64,000 bases of DNA, taken from the NCBI GenBank assembly GCA_036381515.1, contig DASVCR010000074.1:6629-70628 (forward strand), read 5' to 3'. The translations under genes and the position numbers were made by a program. This stretch comes from Gammaproteobacteria bacterium (GTDB lineage: Bacteria; Pseudomonadota; Gammaproteobacteria; Steroidobacterales; Rariloculaceae). Below, one piece after another: positions 10,077 to 18,019 of the stretch (position 1 is the first letter of the stretch; the number at the start of each line of letters is the position of its first letter). Below the pieces are notes generated by a model. The model was not told where the DNA came from. It saw nothing but the letters and a program-made list of their open reading frames with translations, and searched no databases.

Positions 10077-11843
10077 ATGGCGCTCCGGGCAACGTCCGCC
10101 GTGCCGCACGAACGGGCGATCGACGCCGTATTGCGGCACGGCGTGGGCCTAACCGTGCCGCGCTCGCCCGCGGCGCTCGTCGGGCTCGGCGCGCTCGCGT
10201 TGGTTCTCGTGCTGACCACGAGTCCGTCCGCGCTCGCTCAGCCGCGAGCGATGCCCGACGGCGCGGCGCGCCCCGTGCCGCTCGCGCCCGCGCTCGAGGA
10301 CGTTCCCGCGTCGCCGCTCGCCGAGGCCGCGCGCCGCGGCGACGTCGACGACGTGCTCGCGCTCCTCGCCGCAGGCGGCCTCGACGTCGACGCGCCGAGC
10401 CGCGACGGCACGCCGGCGCTTCACTGGCTCGTGCGGCTCGGGGAGCGCGAGGCCGTGCGGCGGCTGATCGCGGCCGGTGCCGACGTCAACAGGGCGAACC
10501 GCTATGGGTTGAAGCCGCTGCACGTCGCGATCGAAGCGGGCGATGCCTCGATCGTGCGGCTTCTGCTCGAGGCCGGCGCCGATCCGAGCGCGCCCGATCG
10601 CGCCGGCGAGTTGCCGCTGATGCTCGCCGCGCGCGTCGGCGAGCCCGCGGTGGCCGAGGCGCTGCTCGCGCACGGCGCGGAGGTCGATGCGCGCGAGCCG
10701 CACTACGGACAGACGCCGCTGATGGTCGCGGTTCGCGAGGGACATCTCGAGCTCGTCGAGCTGCTTCTCGACGCGGGCGCCGACGTCGACGCGCAGACGT
10801 TCGCCGAAGATCCGCCGCGCTTCATCCCGCCGAGCGAATCTCCGGAGGGGCTCTCGAAGGGCGTCGGCATCATCCGCGCCGGCTGGCCCGAGGGACGCGG
10901 CAAGCGCTTCCCGGCGGGCGGCTCGAAGACGCCGCTGCTCTATGCGACGCGCCACGGTCACCTCGAGATCGTGCGGCGCCTGATCGAGGCCGGCGCCGAT
11001 CTCGAGCTCGCGGACGGCAACGACATCACGCCGCTGATCAACGCGATCGTGAACGCGAGCGCGGTGCGCATCAGCCGCGACGGCAAGACCGATCACATGA
11101 AGATCGCGAACGTGCTGCTCGATGCCGGCGCGAATCCGAACGCGATGGACTGGTACGGCCAGACGCCGCTCTGGGCCGCGGTCGACATGCGCAACCTCGA
11201 GCTCGGGCCGCGCAACAACGAGTTCAACGTCCGCGACGAGGCGTTCGCGCTGATCGAGCGGCTGCTCGAGCTAGGCGCGGATCCGAACGCGCGCACGCGC
11301 GAGTTTCCGCACGAGCGTCGCTTCATCGTCGAGGTCGTCGGCTCCGTCGCATGGGTGGATCTCACGGGACAGACGCCGTTCCTGCGCGCCGCGGCCGCGG
11401 GCGATCTCCCGGTGATGCGTCTGCTGCTCGAGCACGGCGCCGATCCGAACATCCCGACGTATGCGGGGACGACGCCGCTGATGGTCGCCGCGGGCGTCAA
11501 TTGGGCCGTGGACGAGACGTACACGGTCAGCGAGGACGCGCTGCTCGAGGCCGTGAAGATGACGATCGAGCTCGGCAACGACGTGAACGCCGTGAACTCG
11601 ATGGGCGTCGGCGCGATCCACGGCGCGGCGAATCGCGGTGCGAACGCGATCATCGAGTATCTCGCCGCGCACGGCGCGCGGCTCGACGTTCCGGATAAGC
11701 AGGGCCGCACGCCGCTCGATTGGGCGGAGGGCGTGTTTCTTGCGACGCATCCGCCGGTCCGCAAGCCCGAGACGATCGCGCTGATCGAGCGGCTGATCGA
11801 AGAACAAACGGGGCAGACAGGGCTCCGCCGTGCAGGGCTCTGA
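10077..11843 (+). CDS. Secreted ankyrin-repeat protein
   Basis: It starts 1 nt after the DUF1552 stop. It has a signal-peptide-like segment (LVGLGALALVLVLTTSPSALAQ). It carries many ankyrin repeats (G.TPLH.A...G....V..LL..GAD.N pattern). Confidence 0.85.
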   Translation: MALRATSAVPHERAIDAVLRHGVGLTVPRSPAALVGLGALALVLVLTTSPSALAQPRAMPDGAARPVPLAPALEDVPASPLAEAARRGDVDDVLALLAAGGLDVDAPSRDGTPALHWLVRLGEREAVRRLIAAGADVNRANRYGLKPLHVAIEAGDASIVRLLLEAGADPSAPDRAGELPLMLAARVGEPAVAEALLAHGAEVDAREPHYGQTPLMVAVREGHLELVELLLDAGADVDAQTFAEDPPRFIPPSESPEGLSKGVGIIRAGWPEGRGKRFPAGGSKTPLLYATRHGHLEIVRRLIEAGADLELADGNDITPLINAIVNASAVRISRDGKTDHMKIANVLLDAGANPNAMDWYGQTPLWAAVDMRNLELGPRNNEFNVRDEAFALIERLLELGADPNARTREFPHERRFIVEVVGSVAWVDLTGQTPFLRAAAAGDLPVMRLLLEHGADPNIPTYAGTTPLMVAAGVNWAVDETYTVSEDALLEAVKMTIELGNDVNAVNSMGVGAIHGAANRGANAIIEYLAAHGARLDVPDKQGRTPLDWAEGVFLATHPPVRKPETIALIERLIEEQTGQTGLRRAGL

Positions 11844-11878
11844 CCCCAAACACATTGAATCAGGCAGGGCTCTGACCC
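11832..11878 (+). repeat. Two direct copies of GCAGGGCTCTGACCC (variant of the REP-like core)
   Basis: Copies at 11832-11847 and 11864-11878. The first copy contains the ankyrin gene stop codon. Confidence 0.6.
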
Positions 11879-11917
11879 GAATCAACGACGATAACGAGAA
11901 CCAGCGAGGACCCGACG

Positions 11918-12967
11918 ATGAGTGCCCCGATTCCGCCCAAAGACGCCGACCGTGATGCCGCTTCGCTCGATCGCCGCACCGTGCTGCGCAGCGCGTCGGC
12001 GCTGCTCGCGGGCGCGGCGCTCGCGCAGACGTTCCGCGACGCGCGAGCGCAGGAGGGCGGCGGGGCAGGTGCATCCGCAGGCGCGGCCTCGTCGTCCGAG
12101 GGTCAAAGCGCTCCGCCGTCGATCCCGGGCTTCACGCCATATGACATCGAGACGAGCGGCGGCGTCACGATCCACGCGGTGAAGGGCGGCGACGGTCCGC
12201 CGGTGCTCCTGCTCCACGGTGCGCCGCTGACGCACTACACGTGGCGCGACGTCGCGCCGCGCCTCGCCGAGGAGTACACCGTCGTCGCCGCGGACCTGCG
12301 CGGCTACGGCGACAGCAGCAAGCCGCAGGGGCTGCCCGACCACTCGAACTACTCGAAGCGGGCGATGGCGCAGGATCAAATCGACGTGATGCGCCACTTC
12401 GGCTTCGAGCGGTTCGCGCTCGTCGGCCAGGACCGCGGCGGCCGCGTCGGTCATCGCATGGTGCTCGATCATCCGGACGCCGTCACGAAGGCGGTGTTCA
12501 TCGACATCGTGCCGACGTATTACCTCTACACGCACGTCACGCTCGACTTCGTGCAGGCGTACTACCACTGGTTCAGCTATCTGCGTCCCGCGCCGATCCC
12601 GGAGAACGAGCTGCTCGAGCGCAACGCGGAGCGCGCCCGCTCCGGGCGTCCGTTGCCGCCTGCGATGGCCGAGTACCAGCGCACGAACGGCACGCCGGAG
12701 GGCGTGCACGGCATGTGCGAGGACTATCGTGCCGGCGCATCGATCGACCTCGTGCACGACGCGGCGGACATCGACCAGCGCATCCGCTGCCCACTGCACA
12801 TCCTTTGGGCTGAGGGCGGCTCGATGGATCGCCTCTACGACGTGCTCGCGATCTGGCGCGAGCGCGGCACGAACGTGACCGGGCGCGCGATGCCCGGCGG
12901 TCACAACATGCAGGAGGGTGCGCCGGACGAGGTGCTTGCCGAGCTCAGGCAATTTCTGCGGAGCTGA
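11918..12967 (+). CDS. Tat-exported alpha/beta hydrolase, haloacetate-dehalogenase/epoxide-hydrolase-like (Asp nucleophile)
   Basis: Twin-arginine leader SLDRRTVLRSASALLAGAALA. HGAPLTHYTWRDV...DLRGYGDSSKP. The nucleophile elbow is GQDRGGRVGH (Asp rather than Ser). Confidence 0.85.
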   Translation: MSAPIPPKDADRDAASLDRRTVLRSASALLAGAALAQTFRDARAQEGGGAGASAGAASSSEGQSAPPSIPGFTPYDIETSGGVTIHAVKGGDGPPVLLLHGAPLTHYTWRDVAPRLAEEYTVVAADLRGYGDSSKPQGLPDHSNYSKRAMAQDQIDVMRHFGFERFALVGQDRGGRVGHRMVLDHPDAVTKAVFIDIVPTYYLYTHVTLDFVQAYYHWFSYLRPAPIPENELLERNAERARSGRPLPPAMAEYQRTNGTPEGVHGMCEDYRAGASIDLVHDAADIDQRIRCPLHILWAEGGSMDRLYDVLAIWRERGTNVTGRAMPGGHNMQEGAPDEVLAELRQFLRS

Positions 12968-13096
12968 CCGACGCCGCGCTTCTCGATCAACAGCGGTGGC
13001 GGCTATCGGGTGAGCGCAGATCGTGTCCGCAATCGCGCGCGAGCGGCGAGTTTGCTCGAAATGGTTCTATACGGGCACGGCTGGAGCGGGACTCGA

Positions 13097-13124
13097 AGTT
13101 CAGCGGCCGCGTGATGTCAACTGC
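13097..13124 (-). repeat. Truncated/degenerate copy of the attC-like element
   Basis: agttcagcggccgcgtga + tgtcaactgc: both arm ends of the 13917-14042 element are joined with the centre missing. It overlaps the stop of ORF 13117-13812. Confidence 0.45.
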
Positions 13125-13812
13125 CGGTCGAAAATTGAACATTTGTGGCGGCCGTCGGGTTTCCCTGGCATGCCGACGCGCGAATTTGCTGTACTCGCCG
13201 GCGAGTAACGCGCTGGAGCATGACAGGATAGCCATTTAGCAACATATTGAACGCGACGATCCACGCGGCCTCAGTGAACTGCCCGAGAGCCAGAAATAAC
13301 AGCGCGACTGAGGAAGCCAATATGAACGTCGCGCCGTGACATGCCTCGGCGCCTCGTGTCGTGGAGTCGATGCGATCCAGAAGTTCTCGACGGTTCTCGG
13401 CCTTTGGGGGTGGCTCCCCGCCGTGCATTAGAGGCCATATGCGGGTCGCAACGATCCGTTTGACCAGCCCGACGCCAAGGAAGCGGTAAAGGACGGGTTC
13501 TACCGGATGAATGGCTACGAGAAAACGAGGCAAGCGCAAAGCGCCGCGCATCAGCCACATCAAGAATAGACCGTTTGGACCCCACGCCAGCCCGAACGCC
13601 AACGCTGGGAAAGGCGAGCCAGCCAACGCAGATGGAAGAACTCCAAGGCCCAAGAAGAGTATCCGATACCCCCACACCTGTGCCGACAGTGGAATCATCG
13701 GTAACCTCATTCCGCCGGCGTGACACGGCCCGAAGCCAAGCTGCTCCAGGGCAAGCTTCAGGGACATGGTCGCCGTTCTGGGATAGCCGATACCAATTAC
13801 AGCAAGGGGCAT
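13117..13812 (-). CDS. Membrane protein with glycosyl-4,4'-diaponeurosporenoate acyltransferase (CrtO)-like C-terminal region; N-terminal ~34 aa look like a sulfotransferase fragment (possible chimeric or decayed cassette ORF)
   Basis: It lies in a low-G+C patch. The C-terminus HGATFILASSVALLFLALG...NMLLNGYPVMLQRVTRRR matches the N..NxYP..LQRYNR pattern. The N-terminus VIGIGYPRTATMSLKLALEQLGFGPCH matches the start of Sulfotransfer_4-type enzymes. Confidence 0.5.
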   Translation of the reverse strand: MPLAVIGIGYPRTATMSLKLALEQLGFGPCHAGGMRLPMIPLSAQVWGYRILFLGLGVLPSALAGSPFPALAFGLAWGPNGLFLMWLMRGALRLPRFLVAIHPVEPVLYRFLGVGLVKRIVATRIWPLMHGGEPPPKAENRRELLDRIDSTTRGAEACHGATFILASSVALLFLALGQFTEAAWIVAFNMLLNGYPVMLQRVTRRRVQQIRASACQGNPTAATNVQFSTGS

Positions 13813-13916
13813 ATTCGTCCTTTCAAGCGGGCAGGGTCACTGTGGTTAGCTCGTCCCCGTCAAAAGGAGACCTCGCCCTAAACTCGTTGCCAAAAGTGCG
13901 TGCGCGCTACTGCATC

Positions 13917-14042
13917 GCATAACGTCGCAGTTCAGCGGCCGCGTGACCACGTGTCCAGCGCGGTACTCGTGCATAATGAAATCGAGTACGTGCGACGCGC
14001 CCGTGCCGCCGTGTCACCGTCCGATGCAACTGCTCGTTCTAC
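13917..14042 (-). repeat. attC-like imperfect palindrome (integron cassette recombination-site architecture)
   Basis: The minus strand reads GTAGAAC-gagca-GTTGCATC...GCTGAAC-tgcgac-GTTATGC. This is the R''-L''...L'-R' layout with 5- and 6-nt spacers. The arms pair with a few unpaired bases. It starts 6 nt after the stop of ORF 14049-14519. It is closely similar to 17586-17710 in the opposite orientation. Confidence 0.55.
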
Positions 14043-14048
14043 GGGATG

Positions 14049-14519
14049 CTACGGCAAGCGCTTGCGAACTTCAGCGCGTGCGCGTGAGGCGATGCCAATA
14101 AACTCCTCGTCTGAGCCGCTGAGAAACGTCTGGCCGAACTCACTAAGATCATGCGCCAGATGGTGGAAGCCATCCATTGGGTCAGAAGAGAACCCGGGGT
14201 ACTGGTTAACGGGTTTCGCGCCCAACACAACTCTCATATAGGAATCGTGATCGAGCGACGTCTCGCCGAGATGATACGTAACTAGCCCGAGAGAATACCT
14301 GAAATGAAGTTCGAGTCGCCGCGTGCCGCGGACAAAGCTCCCACTGGCAGAGCTCCCGCCAGAGCTATGCCCTGCAGCGCCGGGAACCCATACGAAGCCG
14401 TGTGGAGCGAGCACCGGCTCGAGTATGGCGCAGCCGGCAGCAAGCGCTTCTTCAGGAGAACGCACCTGCGCAATCATGCGTATAACGCTCCGGATGAGCG
14501 GCGCGCTGCCGACGGTCAT
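14049..14519 (-). CDS. Hypothetical protein (orphan, cassette-like ORF)
   Basis: 156-aa ORF in the low-G+C patch. Its amino-acid composition is plausible and I recognise no motif. The attC-like element follows immediately at its 3' end. Confidence 0.55.
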   Translation of the reverse strand: MTVGSAPLIRSVIRMIAQVRSPEEALAAGCAILEPVLAPHGFVWVPGAAGHSSGGSSASGSFVRGTRRLELHFRYSLGLVTYHLGETSLDHDSYMRVVLGAKPVNQYPGFSSDPMDGFHHLAHDLSEFGQTFLSGSDEEFIGIASRARAEVRKRLP

Positions 14520-14553
14520 CTTTAGGCACTATATCCATCCCGCATCCGCTCCA

Positions 14554-14573
14554 CAGCTCAGCGGCCGCACGTC
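14554..14573 (-). repeat. Degenerate half-copy of the attC-like element arm
   Basis: cagctcagcggccgcacgtc resembles the gcagttcagcggccgcgtgac arm. No partner arm was found before the FG-GAP gene stop (14644). Confidence 0.35.
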
Positions 14574-14643
14574 GGCGTGTCATGCGTGGCGCGTGCGCAC
14601 AATGGCCACGCCGCGCTAGGAGGGACCCGCCAGCGCATCGGCG

Positions 14644-16071
14644 TTACGGCAGCGGCACCTCGGGGCTGTCCACCGCCCGGGCCTGCCGGAACGACGCGAC
14701 GGGCTCCGGCGTCCGCACCTGCTCTAGCCAGAACACGCCGTCGTAAGGTCCGCTGTTGCCGCGCGTGCCGACGAAATCCACATCGCCGTCCCCGTCCATG
14801 TCGCGCTCGATGAACATGTCGAACATCCCGCGCTGTCGGCGCGAGAAGTCGTGGCGGACCCACGTGCCGTCGCCCTGATTCTGGTACCACGCGAGCCGCC
14901 CGAGCGCGCCCCGCGGCGTCGGATCGTCGCGATCTCGCGGGCTCAGGCTGTAGCCGCCTGTCATCAGGTCCGGGTCGCCGTCGCCGTCGATGTCCGCGAC
15001 CCGAAGGCCCACGACCGAGTCCGGCGCGTATGAATCGATCCGGTGCTGTCGCCACGGCGACGTCGCCGTCTCCGGCTGCTCGAGCCAGACGAGCTCCGGC
15101 CCGACGATCCGCGCAGGATTGAACGTCACGATGTCGAGACGGCCGTCGCCCGAAAGGTCGACGAACTCCATGTGAAACCCGTGCACCGGGATCGGTGCCG
15201 CCGAAGGCTCGGCGGGCTCGAGCGCGAGGTCGTGCGTCGCGAAGCGAAACTCGCCGTCGCGGCCTTGGTTCTCGAACCAGACGATGCGCTGCTCGGCGAC
15301 GCTGCCGCCGACGATATCGATGTCGCCGTCGCCGTCGAGATCGACCGTGTGCGAGTTGATCGGCCACGTGATCTTCGTGAGCACGTGCTCGACCCACTCG
15401 TCGTCGAGCGGATCGCCGACGATCTCGAAGAACGAGATCGGCGTCGGATCCTGATCGACGGTCGGCCCTTGCGCGCCCTTGTTCGGCGACGTGACCTCGA
15501 GCCGGCCGTCGCCGTTCAGGTCCGCGACGAACACGCGGATGAACGAGCCGCGATCGCGGGTCACGGACGGGATCAGGCGCTGCCAGTCGGCGGCACGAGC
15601 GGCCGGTCCGCCCGGATTCTCGAAATAAATCAAGTGCGCGAGCTCGCACGCGACGATCACGTCGAGGTCACCGTCGCCGTCGAGGTCGGCGATCGCAGCG
15701 TCCTCGGCCGCGGCAGCCTCGGGACCTTCGGCGAGCGTCGCGAGCACCCAGCGGTCGGGATCGCCCGTGCCGAACGCGATCCGCACGTAGCCTTCCGGAT
15801 CGCCGCCGTAGACGTCGTCCGCCTCGTGCACCGAGATGATGTCCTCGTAGCCGTCGCCGTCGAGGTCCGCGATCGCGAGGCCGTCGCTGCCCCGGAGCGG
15901 GATGCCGCCGAGCGCCTCGTCGTCGATGATGTGCTCGCGCCACGAGATGTAGCGACCGTCCGCGGCTCGCGCGGCCGTCGGCTCGTCCGCGAGCCCGTCG
16001 GCGATCGCGGCGCGCTGAGGCAGCGCGAGCGGCGTGGCGGCGAGGATGAGCGCGGGAAGTGTTCTACTCAT
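14644..16071 (-). CDS. Secreted FG-GAP/VCBS repeat protein
   Basis: 475 aa. It has a signal peptide (MSRTLPALILAATPLALP) and repeated D.DGDGD.D calcium-binding/FG-GAP motifs throughout. Confidence 0.9.
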   Translation of the reverse strand: MSRTLPALILAATPLALPQRAAIADGLADEPTAARAADGRYISWREHIIDDEALGGIPLRGSDGLAIADLDGDGYEDIISVHEADDVYGGDPEGYVRIAFGTGDPDRWVLATLAEGPEAAAAEDAAIADLDGDGDLDVIVACELAHLIYFENPGGPAARAADWQRLIPSVTRDRGSFIRVFVADLNGDGRLEVTSPNKGAQGPTVDQDPTPISFFEIVGDPLDDEWVEHVLTKITWPINSHTVDLDGDGDIDIVGGSVAEQRIVWFENQGRDGEFRFATHDLALEPAEPSAAPIPVHGFHMEFVDLSGDGRLDIVTFNPARIVGPELVWLEQPETATSPWRQHRIDSYAPDSVVGLRVADIDGDGDPDLMTGGYSLSPRDRDDPTPRGALGRLAWYQNQGDGTWVRHDFSRRQRGMFDMFIERDMDGDGDVDFVGTRGNSGPYDGVFWLEQVRTPEPVASFRQARAVDSPEVPLP

Positions 16072-16341
16072 GGCGCATTCCCTCCTGCGGCACCGCGGCC
16101 AGCGCGGCCGCGCCGGTCAGTGTACCCGAAACGGGAACGGTCGCCGGCGGTGTGGTGTGCCTGGTTCGTGCGGCAGGGCTCGCTGTGTCGCGCGTTGCAC
16201 CGCCTCTCGTTGCTCGACCGCCGCGGCTGCCGTTCATGCGACGGCGGTGGCCTCGACGGCCGACGCTCGCGACGCGTACACTCGAGCGGCCTTGAGCCAT
16301 CGATAAACAAGAACCAAGCCGAATCGAGCGGGAAGAATGCG

Positions 16342-17211
16342 ATGATGATCGGAAAGACAGCGATGGGCTGCGTGCTGCTCCTTGCCGCGGGAGCGGCGTG
16401 CGCGCAGGCGCAGATCCCGGATCAGGTCGATGCGGTCTGCAGCCGCGCCGACCTCCAAGCGGCGGCCGAGAGCTACGTGGAAGCGCAGAAGTCGGGCGAC
16501 GTCTCGAAGATGAAGCTCGCGTCGGACGCGGTGTTCGTCGAGAACATGTCGCCCGTCGATCGCAGCGCAGGTTCGTGGAACACCGCGCTGCCGATCGCGT
16601 TGTCGCGGAGCTTCGTCGACGAGACGCGCTGCAAGACGTTCACGGAGATCGTCGTCACGGAGGGCGGTCACCCTTACGTGATCGGCACTCGGCTCTATGT
16701 CGACGGCGGCGAGGTCATCCGCGTCGACAGCCTCGTGACCGACGAAGGCGACTGGCTCTTCAACGCGAACGCGTACCTCAAGTATTCGAGCGCCGAGGAC
16801 TGGACCCCGCTGCCCGCGGAGCGGCGCACGCCGGCGCAGGAGCTGATCAACGCGGCGAACGCGTACCTCGATCTCTTCTCCGACAAGTTCGTCGAGGTGC
16901 CGTGGGGCATCCCGTGCGCGCGGCTAGAAGGCGGCGCGTACACCGATCGCAGCGGCGATCCGAACGCGACGTGCGAGGTCGGGATTCCGCGCGGCGTGCT
17001 CTACATCGTCAACCGCGACTACGTCGTCGACGAGGAGCTGGGCGTCGTGAACGTGTTTTGCCGCTTCGGCAACAGCACGACAGGCATGCCGGATTCGCAT
17101 ACGTTCCGTCTCGTCGACGGCAAGCTCAGGTACGTGCACACGTTGAGCGTGAATCTGAACCCGAACGCGCCATCGCCGCAGGCGGACGACAACGGCGTGA
17201 TCTTGCGCTAG
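16342..17211 (+). CDS. Secreted hypothetical protein
   Basis: This is the C-terminal part of track ORF 15043..17211. The in-frame ATG at 16342 gives MMIGKTAMGCVLLLAAGAACAQAQ, a signal peptide. GC3 bias appears only downstream of this point. Confidence 0.75.
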   Translation: MMIGKTAMGCVLLLAAGAACAQAQIPDQVDAVCSRADLQAAAESYVEAQKSGDVSKMKLASDAVFVENMSPVDRSAGSWNTALPIALSRSFVDETRCKTFTEIVVTEGGHPYVIGTRLYVDGGEVIRVDSLVTDEGDWLFNANAYLKYSSAEDWTPLPAERRTPAQELINAANAYLDLFSDKFVEVPWGIPCARLEGGAYTDRSGDPNATCEVGIPRGVLYIVNRDYVVDEELGVVNVFCRFGNSTTGMPDSHTFRLVDGKLRYVHTLSVNLNPNAPSPQADDNGVILR

Positions 17212-17274
17212 GAGGGTCAGCGTCGCAAGAAATTGGGGTCAGAGCCCGTTAGGCAGGAAGGGCGCCCGATCCGA

Positions 17275-17306
17275 GCGTTGTGCAATACAAGCGTTGTGCA
17301 ATACAA
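17275..17306 (+). repeat. Perfect tandem duplication of a 16-bp unit gcgttgtgcaatacaa (contains GTTGTGC core-like sites)
   Basis: Read directly. GTTGTGC is at 17277-17283 and 17293-17299. It is the exact complement of GCACAAC at 17586-17592. Confidence 0.8.
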
Positions 17307-17338
17307 ATGAGCCGTTTCACGATTCGCTGTGGGGGGCG

Positions 17339-17566
17339 ATGGACATTGCCTTGCGGGTAACTGTCTTATCGATCGTCGCGGTCGGCCTGTGTCTGATTGT
17401 GTGGCTGTGTTATCGCCTTTTGCGATGGGCGCGCACAGGGACTGGTGGAGCGCACATGCTGGGTGCGGTCCTAACCGAAGTTACTCAGAGCCCTGCTGTT
17501 CAGGAAGCCAAGCAGGGTAAGAAATCTCGTGAGGACGGTGGAGGTGACCCTCCGAACGGGCAGTGA
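17339..17566 (+). CDS. Small membrane protein (orphan, cassette-like ORF)
   Basis: ORF 17294..17566, ATG at 17339 (MDIALRVTVLSIVAVGLCLIVWLCYRLL). It has one TM helix and low G+C. An attC-like element lies 20 nt downstream. Confidence 0.5.
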   Translation: MDIALRVTVLSIVAVGLCLIVWLCYRLLRWARTGTGGAHMLGAVLTEVTQSPAVQEAKQGKKSREDGGGDPPNGQ

Positions 17567-17585
17567 AGAGCGCCGTGTGCCGCTT

Positions 17586-17710
17586 GCACAACAAGCAGTT
17601 GCAGCGGACCGTGACACCTTGGCGCGGGCGCGTCGCACTGCGACACTTCACTATGCACGTGCGGCGCGCTGGACGCGTGGTCACGCGGCCGCTGAACTGC
17701 GGCGCTTTGG
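17586..17710 (+). repeat. attC-like imperfect palindrome
   Basis: GCACAAC-aagca-GTTGCAGC...GCTGAAC-tgcggc-(gctttgg). R'', L'' and L' are well formed and the R' position is degenerate. Its arms and much of the centre match the 13917-14042 element in inverse orientation. Confidence 0.55.
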
Positions 17711-17737
17711 AAAAAGGGCTCTGACCCCGATTTTCTG

Positions 17738-17947
17738 TCACTTCCGCGCGCCGAGCCGCGCGAGCATCAGCGAGAGCTCTTCCGGGCTGATGTAGAAGTG
17801 CTCGCAGACGCGGCCCCAGAGCATCGCCGTCGGCACGTTGCGGTCGGCGCGCTCCTTCTGCGTCTCGTGCAGCACGTGGAGGACGATCCGCTCCTTCCGC
17901 GTCAGCCCGTCGCGGACGTCGGGGAGGATGTCGTCGAGGCGTTTCAC
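17738..17947 (-). CDS. Small hypothetical protein, possibly winged-helix
   Basis: ORF 17738..18037(-). The 5' end of that ORF is REP DNA, so I prefer the internal GTG at 17947 (VKRLDDILPDVRDGLTRKERIVLHVLHETQKE...). The start is uncertain and no clear RBS is present. Confidence 0.45.
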   Translation of the reverse strand: MKRLDDILPDVRDGLTRKERIVLHVLHETQKERADRNVPTAMLWGRVCEHFYISPEELSLMLARLGARK

Positions 17948-18019
17948 GGGAGGGGTTCCGCTTGCGTATTGCCGGGGCACGATGTCCAACGAGGCGCTGA
18001 CCCTACGATACCAGCAGGG

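Noticed and set aside
6599-10219. 1206-aa minus-strand ORF across the DUF1592/DUF1552 genes, and similar long antisense ORFs (3945..5492, 19568..21364, 24645..26048, 28707..29888, 33381..35219, 36600..39230, 49176..50990, 56036..57307, 58460..60217, 61559..62974)
   Set aside because: Same high-G+C artefact. Their composition is low-complexity and Arg-rich. The opposite strand encodes recognisable proteins with proper GC3 bias.
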